DNA of 64,000 nucleotides from Octopus sinensis (lineage: Eukaryota). The translations under genes were made by a program, and so were the position numbers. The notes beneath the pieces were generated by a model. It did not search any database. It was not told the DNA's origin and saw nothing but the letters and a program-made list of their open reading frames with translations. Below are positions 63,011 to 64,000 of the stretch, piece by piece (position 1 is the stretch's first letter; each line of letters begins with the position of its first letter). The DNA lies in contig NC_043012.1 of NCBI RefSeq assembly GCF_006345805.1, positions 4,464,001 through 4,528,000 of the forward strand. The letters run 5' to 3'.

Positions 63011-64000
63011 CCAGGAAATGAGCCCTTATCAGTTTATATAACTCGGGAAACGTACACACATATGACGGGGTTCCAGCACATTTTCCGCCTACCAAATTTC
63101 ACTTATAAGGCAATTTGTCAACTTAAATCTACGACGGAAGACAATTGCTCACTGTACACCCTCACGTAGTAGGATCGAACTTGAAACCGTGTAGTTTCGT
63201 TGTAAACTTTTTAACCACACATCTCTACCTATTAGATTCCTCTGCCAAACGGTTAAGGCCTTGTACCAAATGTCAGATATTGTAAATGTTTTTATCTTTT
63301 ACCTATCTTATCGTATCTTGTTCTAGTTAACGCAGAATGTTTGGAGTTTATTAAGAAAAAAGATTAAACTAAAACATAAAAAAACTAAGAAAATTTGATT
63401 TATAAAAAAAACATAGACAACAAAACTAAGACAGCAACATCGGATCACATGCGTGCAGCTGGCGACATATTCGGTCGCCAGTCACACAGAGAGAGACATT
63501 TTGTCATTTTGTCGTGGCTCAATGTAAAGTATTCTCCTATTGACAGATCATTGAATATTGGATTTTAATGTGCCGAAACATCAATAGAGTGTTCCACTGT
63601 ATACATTCCCGCAGAATTCCCGTGATTTGCATGCTATTATGACATATTTCGAATTGTATATTTATAGAATTAAATGTTCAAAAACAACATGGCGATGCCA
63701 AGTGATACGCGTCGTTCTGTTTGAAGATGGTGGCCTTCATTCAATGGAGATAAAATATTTAATATCTCAGAGGGACATGACGATAACAGTGACAATCTGG
63801 GTCGTGGAAGTGGCCTTGAATTGACCTATTTTTATGATTCAGGTATCGATTTAGATAACGAATAGGATACATGTGAAAATGATGTTGATAATGTAGGTAT
63901 GCGCATGTATAGTTGTGTTGGATCTGGTTGTTAAATTGAGTTACGTGGTGATGGTGATATATTTGACAACGTAATGATGTCTCTGCCGATAACTGGATAC

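Noticed and set aside
63600-64000. Acidic decayed frame resembling a piggyBac transposase N-terminus, or a further CHS exon
   Set aside because: It has several stops, no TTAA-CCC terminus and no catalytic motif in the window. No CHS motif was found on the minus strand between 60111 and 64000.

Overview
AT-rich, microsatellite- and transposon-dense eukaryotic genomic DNA. The SINE and LINE families look like those of octopus; this is inference from recalled repeat sequences, not a database check. Two host genes, both on the minus strand, can be assembled by hand with GT-AG junctions and consistent phases. One is the 3' half of a chitin synthase (five exons, 60110 to 51334, with DGD, EDR, QRRRW and WGTRE motifs). 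The other is the 5' end of a microsomal clan-2-type cytochrome P450 (exon 1 at 7245-6852; exon 2 from 338 running off the window). The rest holds tRNA-headed SINEs of several families (labelled A-F here), R4/Dong-type, Tx1/L1, RTE and CR1 LINE fragments, a full-length frameshifted mariner, maT fragments, a MULE derivative with TSD, several MITEs and Penelope-like palindromes. Best leads: (1) a 186-bp tandem repeat at 38907-39279 in which each unit folds into a type I hammerhead-like motif (retrozyme candidate), with a third hammerhead-like motif just upstream; (2) a Penelope-type minimal hammerhead at 59176-59248 and a 94-bp-arm palindrome centred on a hammerhead helix II; (3) SINE multimers with the same junctions at several loci; (4) (AAT)n arrays used as landing pads by several R4/Dong families; (5) a chitin synthase splice acceptor fed directly by a SINE (ATT)n tail. 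No rRNA, true tRNA or CRISPR array was found. Most ORFs in the supplied track are microsatellite artefacts. Exon and MITE ends were counted to the base; most SINE and LINE boundaries are approximate.
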